The position numbers and the translations under genes were made by a program. Under the pieces are notes generated by a model. The model did no database searches, had not been told where the DNA came from, and saw only the letters and a list, made by a program, of their open reading frames with translations. A stretch of 64,000 nt of DNA. Source: a virus (lineage: Duplodnaviria > Caudoviricetes). The stretch spans positions 32,001-96,000 of IMG/VR virus record IMGVR_UViG_3300021399_000003. One strand, written 5' to 3'. Positions 49,371 to 59,253 of this stretch are shown here, one piece after another; positions within the stretch are counted from its first letter, which is position 1; each line of letters begins with the position of its first letter.

Positions 49371-51086
49371 TCAATCATTTATTCTATAATATTTTATCGG
49401 GACAAATTTTTCTTCCTCTAATTCTTGTAAAAATTTATTAATATTAGCATTAATTTTAGAAATATTATAAAATCGTTGTTTCATTTGAACTAAACAACTA
49501 TGATAACATAAAGACAAAGTTTTTGGAGCGATTTTCATATATTGACGATAATGATTAAAATAAAAGTTTTGAATTATATTCCACTCATCTTCAAGTAATT
49601 CCGGACGTTCATAAGCGATAGCAATAAAGAAGAAATATTCTTGTGCTAAAATATAATTATATTCATCAATTAAATTTTCTATTTCGACATTATTATTTTT
49701 AGCAATGTTTATTGCATGAAGTCCATTGATAATAATTCCTTTACTTAATTTAGTATAGAAAAATTCATTATTATTTTTTTTCGTTAAGGAATTTTTATTA
49801 ATGTGTTCATAGAGAACAGGAATTTTAATTAACTTTGTCATAGGCCAAAATCCATACTCTTCTAACTGATTTAAAATTATTCTACAAGCGCGGCTAAAGC
49901 CATAATCTTCATTAGCATATGATCCTTCTTTATTAAAATGAATATTATACATTTCAATAAAAGAACGTTTATATACAGTACCAATGGTTTTATCATCTTT
50001 ATAGTCAACTAAAATATTTTTATCATCATATACATACGACCAATCATACATTTTAATATAAGTATTTTGTTGAATTTGATTTAAAATAATATTTATACCA
50101 TTTTCATAAAAATAATCGCCTGTATCAACAAAAATAAAATAAGTTCCATTACTATGTTCAATACCAAACTGTCTTGCCATTCCAGGCCCTTGATTTTTTT
50201 TGAGTTGATATAACTGTATTAATGGATATTCATTAATAATATCAGTATAATCTAAATTAGAACAGTCATCAATAACTATTGTATTAATTTGATTATAATT
50301 TTTAAAATCTTTAGTAAAAATTGAATTTAATGTTCTTCTTAGTTCTTTTTTATTTTTATATGTAGGGATGATAATATCTAATACTATATTATCTTGCTTG
50401 TTTCGTTGAATTTTTTCAATCGGTAAATTTTTATAATAATTAAAATGAGGAAAATTTTTTAATTTATAAATGCCAGCAAAATGAGTAATTTTTTCATGTA
50501 TAGGCTCATTTGCTTGTATACAACAATTATAATCCGCAGGAAGAATTAAAACTTTTCCTCGTAATAATTCATTGAAACAATCTTGTTCTTTATATCTATA
50601 CCAATAAGTATTAACCGCATTAATTAATTCGTCATCTTTTTTATCTTCTCGCATTTTATGTAAATTTAACATTACTACACCCATATTAAAATAAGAACCT
50701 TCTTTTTCAGTCAGAACTCTTTCTTCAACTGCGGCTAGATAATAATTGGATAAATCAATTTCCCATAAATCAGATATATTTTCATTTACTATTGTATCCA
50801 TATCAATAGATAAAATTTTATCTAAATGTGGAAAAAATTTAGTATAGGCCGCGCGCAAAAGAACCATATAACTTAAAACATTATCATAATTAGGTCCTGT
50901 TGAAGGGAAATATTGCTGGTCACTAATATTTATACACTCTATTTCTGCTGGAAGTGAATAGGGAAAAATATCATCTTCTATAAGAAAATATATTTTTTCT
51001 ACATTTGAATGTTCGAGTAATGATTTAGCGGAGGTTAACATATTTTCGTATATATTATGCGTTCCACTATAGACAGCCGCGTTCAT
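49371..51086 (-). CDS. Fused glycosyltransferase (GT8 + GT2)
   Basis: IDMDTIV, YFNMGV, EQDCFN, HFAG (GT8); IIIPTY, IDDCS, NQGPGMAR, FVDTGD, ED (GT2). Confidence 0.88.
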   Translation of the reverse strand: MNAAVYSGTHNIYENMLTSAKSLLEHSNVEKIYFLIEDDIFPYSLPAEIECINISDQQYFPSTGPNYDNVLSYMVLLRAAYTKFFPHLDKILSIDMDTIVNENISDLWEIDLSNYYLAAVEERVLTEKEGSYFNMGVVMLNLHKMREDKKDDELINAVNTYWYRYKEQDCFNELLRGKVLILPADYNCCIQANEPIHEKITHFAGIYKLKNFPHFNYYKNLPIEKIQRNKQDNIVLDIIIPTYKNKKELRRTLNSIFTKDFKNYNQINTIVIDDCSNLDYTDIINEYPLIQLYQLKKNQGPGMARQFGIEHSNGTYFIFVDTGDYFYENGINIILNQIQQNTYIKMYDWSYVYDDKNILVDYKDDKTIGTVYKRSFIEMYNIHFNKEGSYANEDYGFSRACRIILNQLEEYGFWPMTKLIKIPVLYEHINKNSLTKKNNNEFFYTKLSKGIIINGLHAINIAKNNNVEIENLIDEYNYILAQEYFFFIAIAYERPELLEDEWNIIQNFYFNHYRQYMKIAPKTLSLCYHSCLVQMKQRFYNISKINANINKFLQELEEEKFVPIKYYRIND

Positions 51087-51098
51087 TTGGTTTCCTCC

Positions 51099-52046
51099 TT
51101 ATTCAACTGGGACATTTATATATTCCAAAACCTCACGCAAACCAAGTCCACCTTCATCCCAAGATCTCATACAATATTCCCAAATTTTTGGATGAGTTTC
51201 TTTTAATTGTTGAAAACGATTAGGACATTTTTCTCTATGGCACCCAAAACCACAGAAAATACATCCAGTGCGGTGAATACCAGTTGTGGTCCAATTTCCT
51301 TTTTTGTCCTTGACAATATCACCATACAATGAACAATATGGAATTTCAAATTTAGTTATATATTCAAAAATATCATTATCTGTCCAAAATGAAATAGGCT
51401 TACTAGTCGGCTTTTTACTATCAAATAAATTACATCCACTACGCATCCATTCATTACGACGAGCAATGGATTCACAGGCTAATGTTCCAAGAATTGGAAA
51501 GCGTCCAGTTTCTTTAGAATAATGGTGATTTGGTTGTTTTTTCATTACATCGCAGCAGTAATCACTAATTTTAAATGGAGCATCTACTAAGAAATTCCAT
51601 TTGCCATTACCAAAGCCAAAAATTTTACTGTCATATTCGCCACTAAGAAATTTAGCCCGAGCAGAATTAGGATTACGTTTAGCGGTAGCCACATATCCTG
51701 CTATTTTTTTACTAACAATAGGATAACCAAATTCTTCAATAACCTGCCTGAATGTTTTTTTAGGACGAATTACCTCTACATTTTCATGTGATTTTACAAA
51801 TTGCTTAACTTCAGGATATTCTAAACCGGTATCAATAAAAACAGCAGGACAATTAGGCCATACTCGCCGCACTAAATCAAGTAACACGGTGCTATCTTTT
51901 CCGCCACTAAAAGCTACAAATATTTTATCTTCACCTAATTTAAGTCCATACTCAAGTATACGGGTTTGAGAAACTTGAATTTTACGTTCTAATGGCCATT
52001 GTTGCATTTCTTTTAAATCAGTAGCAGTATACTTATTTTCTGCCAT
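51099..52046 (-). CDS. PAPS reductase family protein
   Basis: FSGGKDS, DTGLEYPE, CCDVMKK, RTGCIFC; start set at MAENKY by RBS. Confidence 0.88.
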   Translation of the reverse strand: MAENKYTATDLKEMQQWPLERKIQVSQTRILEYGLKLGEDKIFVAFSGGKDSTVLLDLVRRVWPNCPAVFIDTGLEYPEVKQFVKSHENVEVIRPKKTFRQVIEEFGYPIVSKKIAGYVATAKRNPNSARAKFLSGEYDSKIFGFGNGKWNFLVDAPFKISDYCCDVMKKQPNHHYSKETGRFPILGTLACESIARRNEWMRSGCNLFDSKKPTSKPISFWTDNDIFEYITKFEIPYCSLYGDIVKDKKGNWTTTGIHRTGCIFCGFGCHREKCPNRFQQLKETHPKIWEYCMRSWDEGGLGLREVLEYINVPVE

Positions 52047-52187
52047 AATTATACACCTCGCTTTATTTATAATAGGCCTGGGCCTACCTTTATACATAAT
52101 TATAACAGAAAATAAAGAAAAAGTCAAGTATTTACTTGACTTTTCTTTAAGAAGGCCGTTTGAATATTAAGCTTTAGAAATAATGAA

Positions 52188-52258
52188 TACTGCGTAGGGG
52201 AATTGAACCCCTCTGTCGAGATTGAAAGCCTCGTGTCTTACCACTGGACTAACGCAGC
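52188..52258 (-). tRNA. tRNA-Glu(UUC)
   Basis: CGAGG-CT TTC AA-TCTCG. Confidence 0.88.
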
Positions 52259-52323
52259 ATATTGCGGCTTTAAGCCAGCCGCACGGCTGATTCGATTATG
52301 GCGATTTATAATGTTTATAAATA

Positions 52324-52965
52324 TTATGTGCTATTTTTATCGTATATCATATATTCCCATTTATATCCGCCAGTAGTCTTACGTTTTCCATTACATACTT
52401 CTTGAATATGATTACTGCGGCAACCAATAGCTTCTGCTGCCTCTCGTGCCGAAGAATACACTTTAATTAATGTACCATCTTTTAATAACTGTTTAACAGG
52501 TTTACTATACAAATGTTGCATAGTTTGATAACCTCTTAATATCCGTTCTTGTGATGGAATATCTTTTAAAGCTTGAGATACTGTTGTATCACAATATCCA
52601 GTAATTTCTTTAATAGATTTTTTACTATATCCCTCATTCCATAAATTAATAATTAATTCATAGCTGGCATAAGGTTTTCCATCGCCGCCAATAGTAGCAT
52701 TATAACCATTAGAAAATGAATTATAACTTTCAATCCAAAAACGTTCTTTTTCATCTAGTTCTTCCAAAGTGCATTCTTCTACTATTTCAATATGAAAATT
52801 TTCAATTCCATATTTATTCATGGCAGAATATAATGGACGATGTTCTTTTGATGACCGTTTTGCGTCTTTACAATGTTCTTTCCAACGACGTTCAATAGTA
52901 AAAGCAGTTTTGCCAATATAAATTTTTCCATTAATATCATTAATAATTTTATAAATGTATGGCAT
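52324..52965 (-). CDS. GIY-YIG homing endonuclease (NUMOD1-like tail)
   Basis: YIYKIIN..IYIGKT..RW, GYNATIGG, GGYKW. Confidence 0.9.
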   Translation of the reverse strand: MPYIYKIINDINGKIYIGKTAFTIERRWKEHCKDAKRSSKEHRPLYSAMNKYGIENFHIEIVEECTLEELDEKERFWIESYNSFSNGYNATIGGDGKPYASYELIINLWNEGYSKKSIKEITGYCDTTVSQALKDIPSQERILRGYQTMQHLYSKPVKQLLKDGTLIKVYSSAREAAEAIGCRSNHIQEVCNGKRKTTGGYKWEYMIYDKNST

Positions 52966-53488
52966 AGTTAAATACCTCCTATTTATAATAGGACTAAAGT
53001 GGTTTGATTATAAAGTATAGTTTACTAAGTTCATAGATAAACACTTCTCCCAATCCACTTGAGTCCTGAAAATTCAGGAAATTTTAAAATCTGTGTCTAC
53101 GGACACTTCCTCCCGAATCAATAACATTTGATAACCCAGCTGCCTACTGGGGAGCCAGGGTAACTTTGCTACAGGTGCACCGGTATTACCGCTCATGTCG
53201 CTCCTAACGACTTAATTACATAAATCAACCGGTTGTTTTAAATGAAGTGTCTTCTATCATAGGTCATGACTTCTATGGCAGTTATTACTTCATTTAATAT
53301 GCTGTATTTAATTGGTTTTTCCTATTTATATAGCGCCGATAAGACCATTTGGAGTAACAGTTTGCTCTCCTTTTGCGCTCTAACTTATATTGCACCCTCT
53401 GCTTCACAGGAATCGAACCCGATATAAGTTAGAAACTTATCTTTTAGATAAGATTAAGTTTTTCACAGATAAAACTTTAAAAACTGGC

Positions 53489-53561
53489 TGGTTGCAGGGG
53501 TGGTTGCTGCCACCACGGAGTCTGGTTTATGAGGCCAGATTGAATACTGATTCTCCCTGCA
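53489..53561 (-). tRNA. Atypical tRNA with CAU anticodon (Met/Ile2), minimal D arm, T-loop GGCAGCA
   Basis: TGCAGGG/CCCTGCA-ACCA; CT CAT AA loop. Confidence 0.65.
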
Positions 53562-53618
53562 TTATTTGGTGAGTTCCCTCACCTTGTATAATAATTATAT
53601 CAAAATTTTTAATAAAAG

Positions 53619-53849
53619 TCAAGTATTTTCTTCAGCTAAAATGTCCTTAATTTCCTCATCACACATACAATCTTCACATTCATATACTTTTACGGTATTT
53701 ACATTAGTTTTTCCGTAGTAGTCAACTATTCTATCTACCGCAGCGCCTAACGTTGTTCCTATAGTAAATCCGCCCTCTGTATGACAAGTTTTATCAATTT
53801 CATCCCAAAATTCAATTATATAACGCACTATCATAATATTTTCTCCCAT
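53619..53849 (-). CDS. Hypothetical protein
   Basis: ORF track. Confidence 0.55.
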   Translation of the reverse strand: MGENIMIVRYIIEFWDEIDKTCHTEGGFTIGTTLGAAVDRIVDYYGKTNVNTVKVYECEDCMCDEEIKDILAEENT

Positions 53850-54070
53850 ATAGTATAAATACTATTATCGTCATATTGATTATTAGAAAATTGTTTAATC
53901 AGATCAATTGAAGTCATATGTAAAAGTCCATCTGAAGTTTTCCATGAAACCATTTTATTCTGCATTTTATTCTTATCTGCGGCGATAAGAATAATAAAAT
54001 CTTTAATTGTTATTTTTTCTAGTCCGCGTACTTTATTCCATCTCATACAAACTCTTTCATATCTTCCCAT
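53831..54070 (-). CDS. Hypothetical protein
   Basis: ORF track. Confidence 0.5.
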   Translation of the reverse strand: MGRYERVCMRWNKVRGLEKITIKDFIILIAADKNKMQNKMVSWKTSDGLLHMTSIDLIKQFSNNQYDDNSIYTIWEKIL

Positions 54071-54693
54071 TTAATTTTTACAATTATACGTTCGCCGCGA
54101 CGATTGCGCAATTCAATAGCAGGTCTACATACTACTCCTTCCATTTCACGTTCCTCTTCCGCGATTACAGAATTAGGATGGGTCTTTACATATTCTTCTG
54201 CTGCGTATAAGGAACCAGTGCCTACAATAGGCACAGCCTTAATTCCGAACATTTTTGCAGTTGTTTCTACCCATTCGCGCTCCTGATAGTTATCGCCAAT
54301 AAGCACATCAAAGAGAATAAAATCTACACCGTTGGGAATATACTTTCCACCGCCCTTCTGAATCTTGCGGCCATAACCTTCACCGAAAAGAATAACTTCC
54401 TTTTCGCCAAAAACCTGTTCAAAAATCTGAGCATTAACCTCACCGCCGAACAACTCATTCAAACGAGTAACAAGTTCTGCGGGAATAGCAGCATTATCGG
54501 TGCGACCACCAAAGGTAACAGTATGGCCATCCCAACATACGCGAATGTTAGTGCCATCAACCTTCTCAGTCCAAATCCAGCAATTATCGCTGAGATATTC
54601 TATAGTTGGGTCACGAAATACTCCCGGAAGTAGCTTTTTAGTTCCAGTTGTGTCTCTTTGATAGAGAGTATCAATCTTTTCATACTTTCTCAT
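54043..54693 (-). CDS. ATP-dependent RNA ligase (Rnl2-like adenylyltransferase core)
   Basis: YEKI, TEKVDGTN (motif I), FGEGYG, FDV, EGVV, KIK; no OB domain. Confidence 0.85.
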   Translation of the reverse strand: MRKYEKIDTLYQRDTTGTKKLLPGVFRDPTIEYLSDNCWIWTEKVDGTNIRVCWDGHTVTFGGRTDNAAIPAELVTRLNELFGGEVNAQIFEQVFGEKEVILFGEGYGRKIQKGGGKYIPNGVDFILFDVLIGDNYQEREWVETTAKMFGIKAVPIVGTGSLYAAEEYVKTHPNSVIAEEEREMEGVVCRPAIELRNRRGERIIVKIKWEDMKEFV

Positions 54694-54755
54694 GTGTTTT
54701 GTTCCTTTCTACTTACTATAATAATTATAGCAAAAATTATATAGAAAGTCAAATA

Positions 54756-55109
54756 TTAAATTTCCTTATATCCATAATGAGTAAGAAGTTGCCGCATATT
54801 TGCGACACCAACAGGATTCATGCTATGGATATGAAAACCTACAAGTGGAATTTGATTTTCTACAATATATTTACAAATATCATAACCTGATTTAGCAAGA
54901 GTGTCATCTATTTCATGCCCTTCACCCAAATCATGGTCAAGGTCAATAATTATATTATAAAACTCCTCATTATAATAGTTTAGAAAGAAAATTGCTTCTT
55001 CTACGCTACGGCAAGTAATAGGAATCCATTCCATATGGGTATAGTTACCCAACGTCTTGAAGAAAGTATCATCTTCACGAATATCATCTACATAGATATA
55101 AATATTCAT
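54756..55109 (-). CDS. Cyclic-phosphate-processing receiver-domain protein
   Basis: IYVDDIR, DLDHDLG, GYDICKY, IHSMNPVG. Confidence 0.8.
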   Translation of the reverse strand: MNIYIYVDDIREDDTFFKTLGNYTHMEWIPITCRSVEEAIFFLNYYNEEFYNIIIDLDHDLGEGHEIDDTLAKSGYDICKYIVENQIPLVGFHIHSMNPVGVANMRQLLTHYGYKEI

Positions 55110-55179
55110 ATCTCTCACCCTTTCTATAATTATTATACTATAATTTCTATATTTAGTCAAGAAAAAAGAAGATGAACTT

Positions 55180-55965
55180 TCATTCATCTTCTTCTTTCAC
55201 TAAATATTCATCACTAAATAACATTTCAAGAGTAATATTATCGCGTTCCCAGTATGGAATGCGAACGAGAGGAATGTTGTGGGAAAGGGCGTATTGATTT
55301 TTTTCTTTATCGCGTTGCTGCTGCTCTTTTAATCCATTTCGTGCCTGCCATTTGCCCCATGTTTCTTGATAATGTTGAATACCATCAAATTCAATTAAAC
55401 GGATTAATTCATTATTTTTATTATATATTCCAAAGTCATACCAATAAGGATGTTTATTTTTTCCTAGCAAATTATCAAATCGTACTTCAGGTTTAAAATT
55501 GATATTATTTTCTTTTAAAATTTTTGTTATATTAACTGCTCCAACTGATTTTTCTCTTTTTATACACCCACAAGAAATCGTATGTAAACTACGTAAATTA
55601 TTAGCATCTACATCGCATTCATTTCCGCAAGCACATTTACAATGCCATATGGCATTTTGACTTATGTTACTTCCAGTTTTATAAAGAGCAGTTAAATATC
55701 CAAATGTTTGACCAGTAATATCTTTAGTTAATTTATCACCTATAATTTTACTTTTCATACATCCACAACTGGTATCTCTTTGTAAATTACGAAAATTCTT
55801 TACACAATAATTTCCGCAATGTTTACATAAACAATTCCAAAAGGTATGAGTACCTTTGTTGGGAGCTCGTCCTATTATTTTAAAATTCTCATCTTCATAT
55901 CCAGTTCTATCTTTAAGTGTATTACCTGCTACACCATTAAACCACTGTAATTCTTCATATAACAT
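55180..55965 (-). CDS. Zn-repeat + Vsr/DUF559-like PD-(D/E)XK endonuclease (mobile)
   Basis: WNCLCKHCG/SCGC repeats; YDF, IEFDGIQHY, DKEKN, LVRIPYW. Confidence 0.8.
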   Translation of the reverse strand: MLYEELQWFNGVAGNTLKDRTGYEDENFKIIGRAPNKGTHTFWNCLCKHCGNYCVKNFRNLQRDTSCGCMKSKIIGDKLTKDITGQTFGYLTALYKTGSNISQNAIWHCKCACGNECDVDANNLRSLHTISCGCIKREKSVGAVNITKILKENNINFKPEVRFDNLLGKNKHPYWYDFGIYNKNNELIRLIEFDGIQHYQETWGKWQARNGLKEQQQRDKEKNQYALSHNIPLVRIPYWERDNITLEMLFSDEYLVKEEDE

Positions 55966-55989
55966 AACATCACCTAAAAGAGCCCGTTC

Positions 55990-57522
55990 TTAATGAATGG
56001 GCTCATATCTCTTACTGTTCAGCTTTTCATACATCATGTCCTCAGCCTTCTTGCCAGACATAATCATTTCAAAGATTACAGGAGAGCAACCAGAAACAGT
56101 AGTTACGTCAGGGCCAACGTCCAAAACTGTATTATTACGTGCGTTTACATTCCAAAAAACAAGAGAAGGCATCTTGTATCCAGAATGGCTCCACTTATCA
56201 CGCATCTTATCCATAAAGGTTTGTACCTGATTGGCACTGTAGCCATTATTTCTATTCCAAGAGGAATATCCCTGTGCGGAATCAATTTCTTGGTCACTGA
56301 TAATGACAATGGTTTCAGGCATATCTGCCTGACGCAGATGATTCCGAACAGCAGTATTCAGCACAAGGTCAAATACAGACTGTAGATTGGTGTTTTCGCA
56401 AAGATTCGTCTTTACGATACGGTCAACCTTGTCGCAGAAGTCCACGCCGCGAGTCTCAACAAACTTCGCCGTGCGGCTGAAGCTGATGTAAGAGTTTGCG
56501 AAAGGTCCCTTATTACGCTCTGCGGCATAAAGAGCAAGAGAGACTGCGACATCAATAGGAGCAACGCTACCAGCACCACTCGTCATACTTCCGCTTGTAT
56601 CGGCGACAACAAGGGCATTCAGGGACATGCCATGGAAGTAATCAGTTAGATTCTCCCAATACTTGTTAATCATCAGGCGGTCGGTATTGTCAAGGGCAAT
56701 ATTACTGCCACGGCCATACCAGCTATAGTCCGAACCCATAAGCTTAATGGCCTTAGCAACCACATCATAAGGATATAGTGCGGCTGCATTAACCTTGGTA
56801 GAGGTATCCTTGGCAAACGCTTCATACTTCGCCTTGATTAGATCACGACGAGCAAAAGCGTTCTTATAAATCAGGCCAGCACGAGAAGGAATCTTGTCAA
56901 ATTCAATCTCATTCCAGCGATTTGTGGACATAAGGCGCTCCAGTACACGAATACGCTCACGAAGGTTAGAAAGCAGTACACGATACTGACGAGAGGTTAG
57001 ACCCATAGTATGGGCAGTTAGACGTCCATAACGCTTAGTCTTGGCAGAAGAAGCGTTCTCGGAAGCTGCCCACTTACCAGCAAGGGAAATAGCACCCTTG
57101 GTCTTGTAGTCAAGGGCAAGCTGCTTACCAAGAGCATATAGAGCCTCATGCTCACAGGAAGTCCCTACGAGAGCATATAGGTCGTCCCAGCGGCCATACT
57201 CAGCAATCTGGTCAAGATTGCGAAGTACAGCATCACGATCTACATCAGCAAGCCAATGTAGGCATACACGGAAAAATCTTCTTTCCCCTTGGCCGCCGCG
57301 CACGTCCCGCTCGTAGAATAGGCACTTTAGGGCATATACAGGGTTCTCCTGATAGGCTTCCTTAAAAAGCAGAATACAATCACTTTCGGTGCGCTGACGA
57401 TAAGCTGCGCCGAAAGAGAAGAGGTCATATAGCTTAGAGCTAGTAGTGGTTCGCGCAACAGCATGATTTTCGGTATACTTATAAGTATTTTGAGAAGCCA
57501 TAGCATTGTAAAGACGATTCAT
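55990..57522 (-). CDS. DUF2828 family TROVE/Ro60-like protein with vWA domain
   Basis: TEN, RDVRGGQGER, YGRWDDL, KW, LYPYD, VADTSGSM (MIDAS), ISD, FWNV. Confidence 0.85.
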   Translation of the reverse strand: MNRLYNAMASQNTYKYTENHAVARTTTSSKLYDLFSFGAAYRQRTESDCILLFKEAYQENPVYALKCLFYERDVRGGQGERRFFRVCLHWLADVDRDAVLRNLDQIAEYGRWDDLYALVGTSCEHEALYALGKQLALDYKTKGAISLAGKWAASENASSAKTKRYGRLTAHTMGLTSRQYRVLLSNLRERIRVLERLMSTNRWNEIEFDKIPSRAGLIYKNAFARRDLIKAKYEAFAKDTSTKVNAAALYPYDVVAKAIKLMGSDYSWYGRGSNIALDNTDRLMINKYWENLTDYFHGMSLNALVVADTSGSMTSGAGSVAPIDVAVSLALYAAERNKGPFANSYISFSRTAKFVETRGVDFCDKVDRIVKTNLCENTNLQSVFDLVLNTAVRNHLRQADMPETIVIISDQEIDSAQGYSSWNRNNGYSANQVQTFMDKMRDKWSHSGYKMPSLVFWNVNARNNTVLDVGPDVTTVSGCSPVIFEMIMSGKKAEDMMYEKLNSKRYEPIH

Positions 57523-57787
57523 ATTTTATTTCTCCTTTTCATTTGGTCAGCCCTGGACTAGGGCTCGTTTCTTTCTTACAATATTATTATAGCAGAATTT
57601 TTAGTAAAAGTCAAATAATTTTTCTTAAATGAAATCGCCAAATTTTTCTCTTTTGCTTTATTTCATTACGCTTGGATTTTTCAGTAAGATGAAAAAATTG
57701 AGCTTGCAATTCATTGAATTCTTGCAGCAACTCAGTATGCGCTTGCTGTAATTCATTAAATTTTTCTTTATATTCTAATCCAAACAT

Positions 57788-57970
57788 TTATTGCTCCTTT
57801 GGTCCAATATAGGTATCCCAAATATATTGTAAAACTTTTTGCTCCGCTCCCTTACAGCCATAATTCATACGATAAATGACATCTACTGGTGCTTTTCCAA
57901 AGAAAACGCGATAAGCATAATTGTATACGTCTTTCATCGCATCATATAAATTATCATCTTGAATAAACAT
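57788..57970 (-). CDS. Small hypothetical protein
   Basis: ORF with RBS. Confidence 0.55.
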   Translation of the reverse strand: MFIQDDNLYDAMKDVYNYAYRVFFGKAPVDVIYRMNYGCKGAEQKVLQYIWDTYIGPKEQ

Positions 57971-58142
57971 AATTACTCCTTAGTAAGTTGTGTGGGAGAA
58001 ATTGAAAACATTTCATGCGTTCTCGTGTCCTCTACATAACAAATCATTCCTTTTTCAGTTAAATTAATATCTAATATTTTTCCGCCCTTCATGAATCCGT
58101 CATACCAAAATTTAATTGAATCAAACTTTTTAATATCTTCCA

Positions 58143-58604
58143 TTATTCATGTTCCTCCATAATTTTAGCGGTGTTTATTAAAATTTGAGTCAATTGATTA
58201 CTAATGCCAAAACGTTTGGCATTAATTTCTATACTTTTAAGTAAATTACCCGACTGTTGTCGTTCAGCAGATGCTTTCCAATCAGCCATCATTTCAATTA
58301 AATCTAACAAAGACATGTCATTTATGCCTTCTTTCCAATGCTGTGGATGGTGTTTATTTACGGCATAATGATGGTCAAGTGCTGGTTTAAGTGCCTCTAA
58401 TTCTTTTTTATATTCTTCTGAGCCATATTCAATTTTATTCAAATTTTCTGTATGTTCTGCGAATAATTCTACTTCAGGAGAGACTAATTTACTAGCATCA
58501 TGTTCTACACCACGAGTAGTTAATCTATCAGTAAAAAAGCGGATATACTTACGCACTTTTTCTATGTGCTTTTGAGTTTCCACTCTACATTCGTCAAGTG
58601 TCAT
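58143..58604 (-). CDS. HD-like protein (DUF5662-like)
   Basis: HI..V, HDASK, HHY..NKHHP, EMMADW. Confidence 0.75.
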   Translation of the reverse strand: MTLDECRVETQKHIEKVRKYIRFFTDRLTTRGVEHDASKLVSPEVELFAEHTENLNKIEYGSEEYKKELEALKPALDHHYAVNKHHPQHWKEGINDMSLLDLIEMMADWKASAERQQSGNLLKSIEINAKRFGISNQLTQILINTAKIMEEHE

Positions 58605-58861
58605 TGTTCTTTACCTCCGAAAGGATAAAAGCCTTGAAAGCATTATATCTTATGAACCAATAGTCATTTATACTATTATAGAAAGATACTCCTTCTTTCT
58701 TTTCTTCAAAATTATGAATATTTTCAAAAGTTTCTCGATTGTTATCAGTGTTAATAAAAATAACGTTCATAAAATGCTCCTTTTCTTTTATATAATAATT
58801 ATACTATAATTTCTACTAGAAGTCAAATAGAAAAAACGCACGGTTTCCCGTGCATTTTGAA

Positions 58862-58931
58862 AGCGTCCGGTCAGTGCTGCCCTGACTATCAAGCGGGTTA
58901 CAGCCGCCGTTTGCTGATTCGGTACGGACGC
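58862..58931 (-). tRNA. Atypical tRNA-Tyr(GUA)-like, degenerate D arm, T-loop GGCAGCA
   Basis: GCGTCCG/CGGACGC; GGCGG-CT GTA AC-CCGCT; GTCAG-GGCAGCA-CTGAC. Confidence 0.6.
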
Positions 58932-59072
58932 ATTATTTTGTCACTTCAATTATTGTACATAGACACATTAAAAGGCAACCTGCTAAATTAATGCCACGCA
59001 CCCATGTAGCATTATCTTTAAAAGTATAAAAACAAAAAAGATTTAAAGCCGCTATAAAAGCATAAAATAGTT

Positions 59073-59234
59073 TCATCGTCCACTAAAATCCTCCAAAAAA
59101 GTCATAAAAGACATCATCCACGCGGAACCATACACTACCCAAAATTGCCAAGTTTTGATATTGAAACCAATATTAAACATTACTACTATAAGAATGGTGC
59201 CAAAAATAATGCGACCAAATTTGTATTTGTTCAT
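59073..59234 (-). CDS. Small membrane protein (53 aa)
   Basis: MNKYKF.. with RBS AAGGAG; two hydrophobic segments. Confidence 0.6.
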   Translation of the reverse strand: MNKYKFGRIIFGTILIVVMFNIGFNIKTWQFWVVYGSAWMMSFMTFLEDFSGR

Positions 59235-59253
59235 TATGTTCTCCTTTGAATAG

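Noticed and set aside
53090-53120. RNase P RNA (GGAGGAAGTGTCCG resembles GAGGAAAGUCC)
   Set aside because: Imperfect match and no matching 3' P4 strand found.
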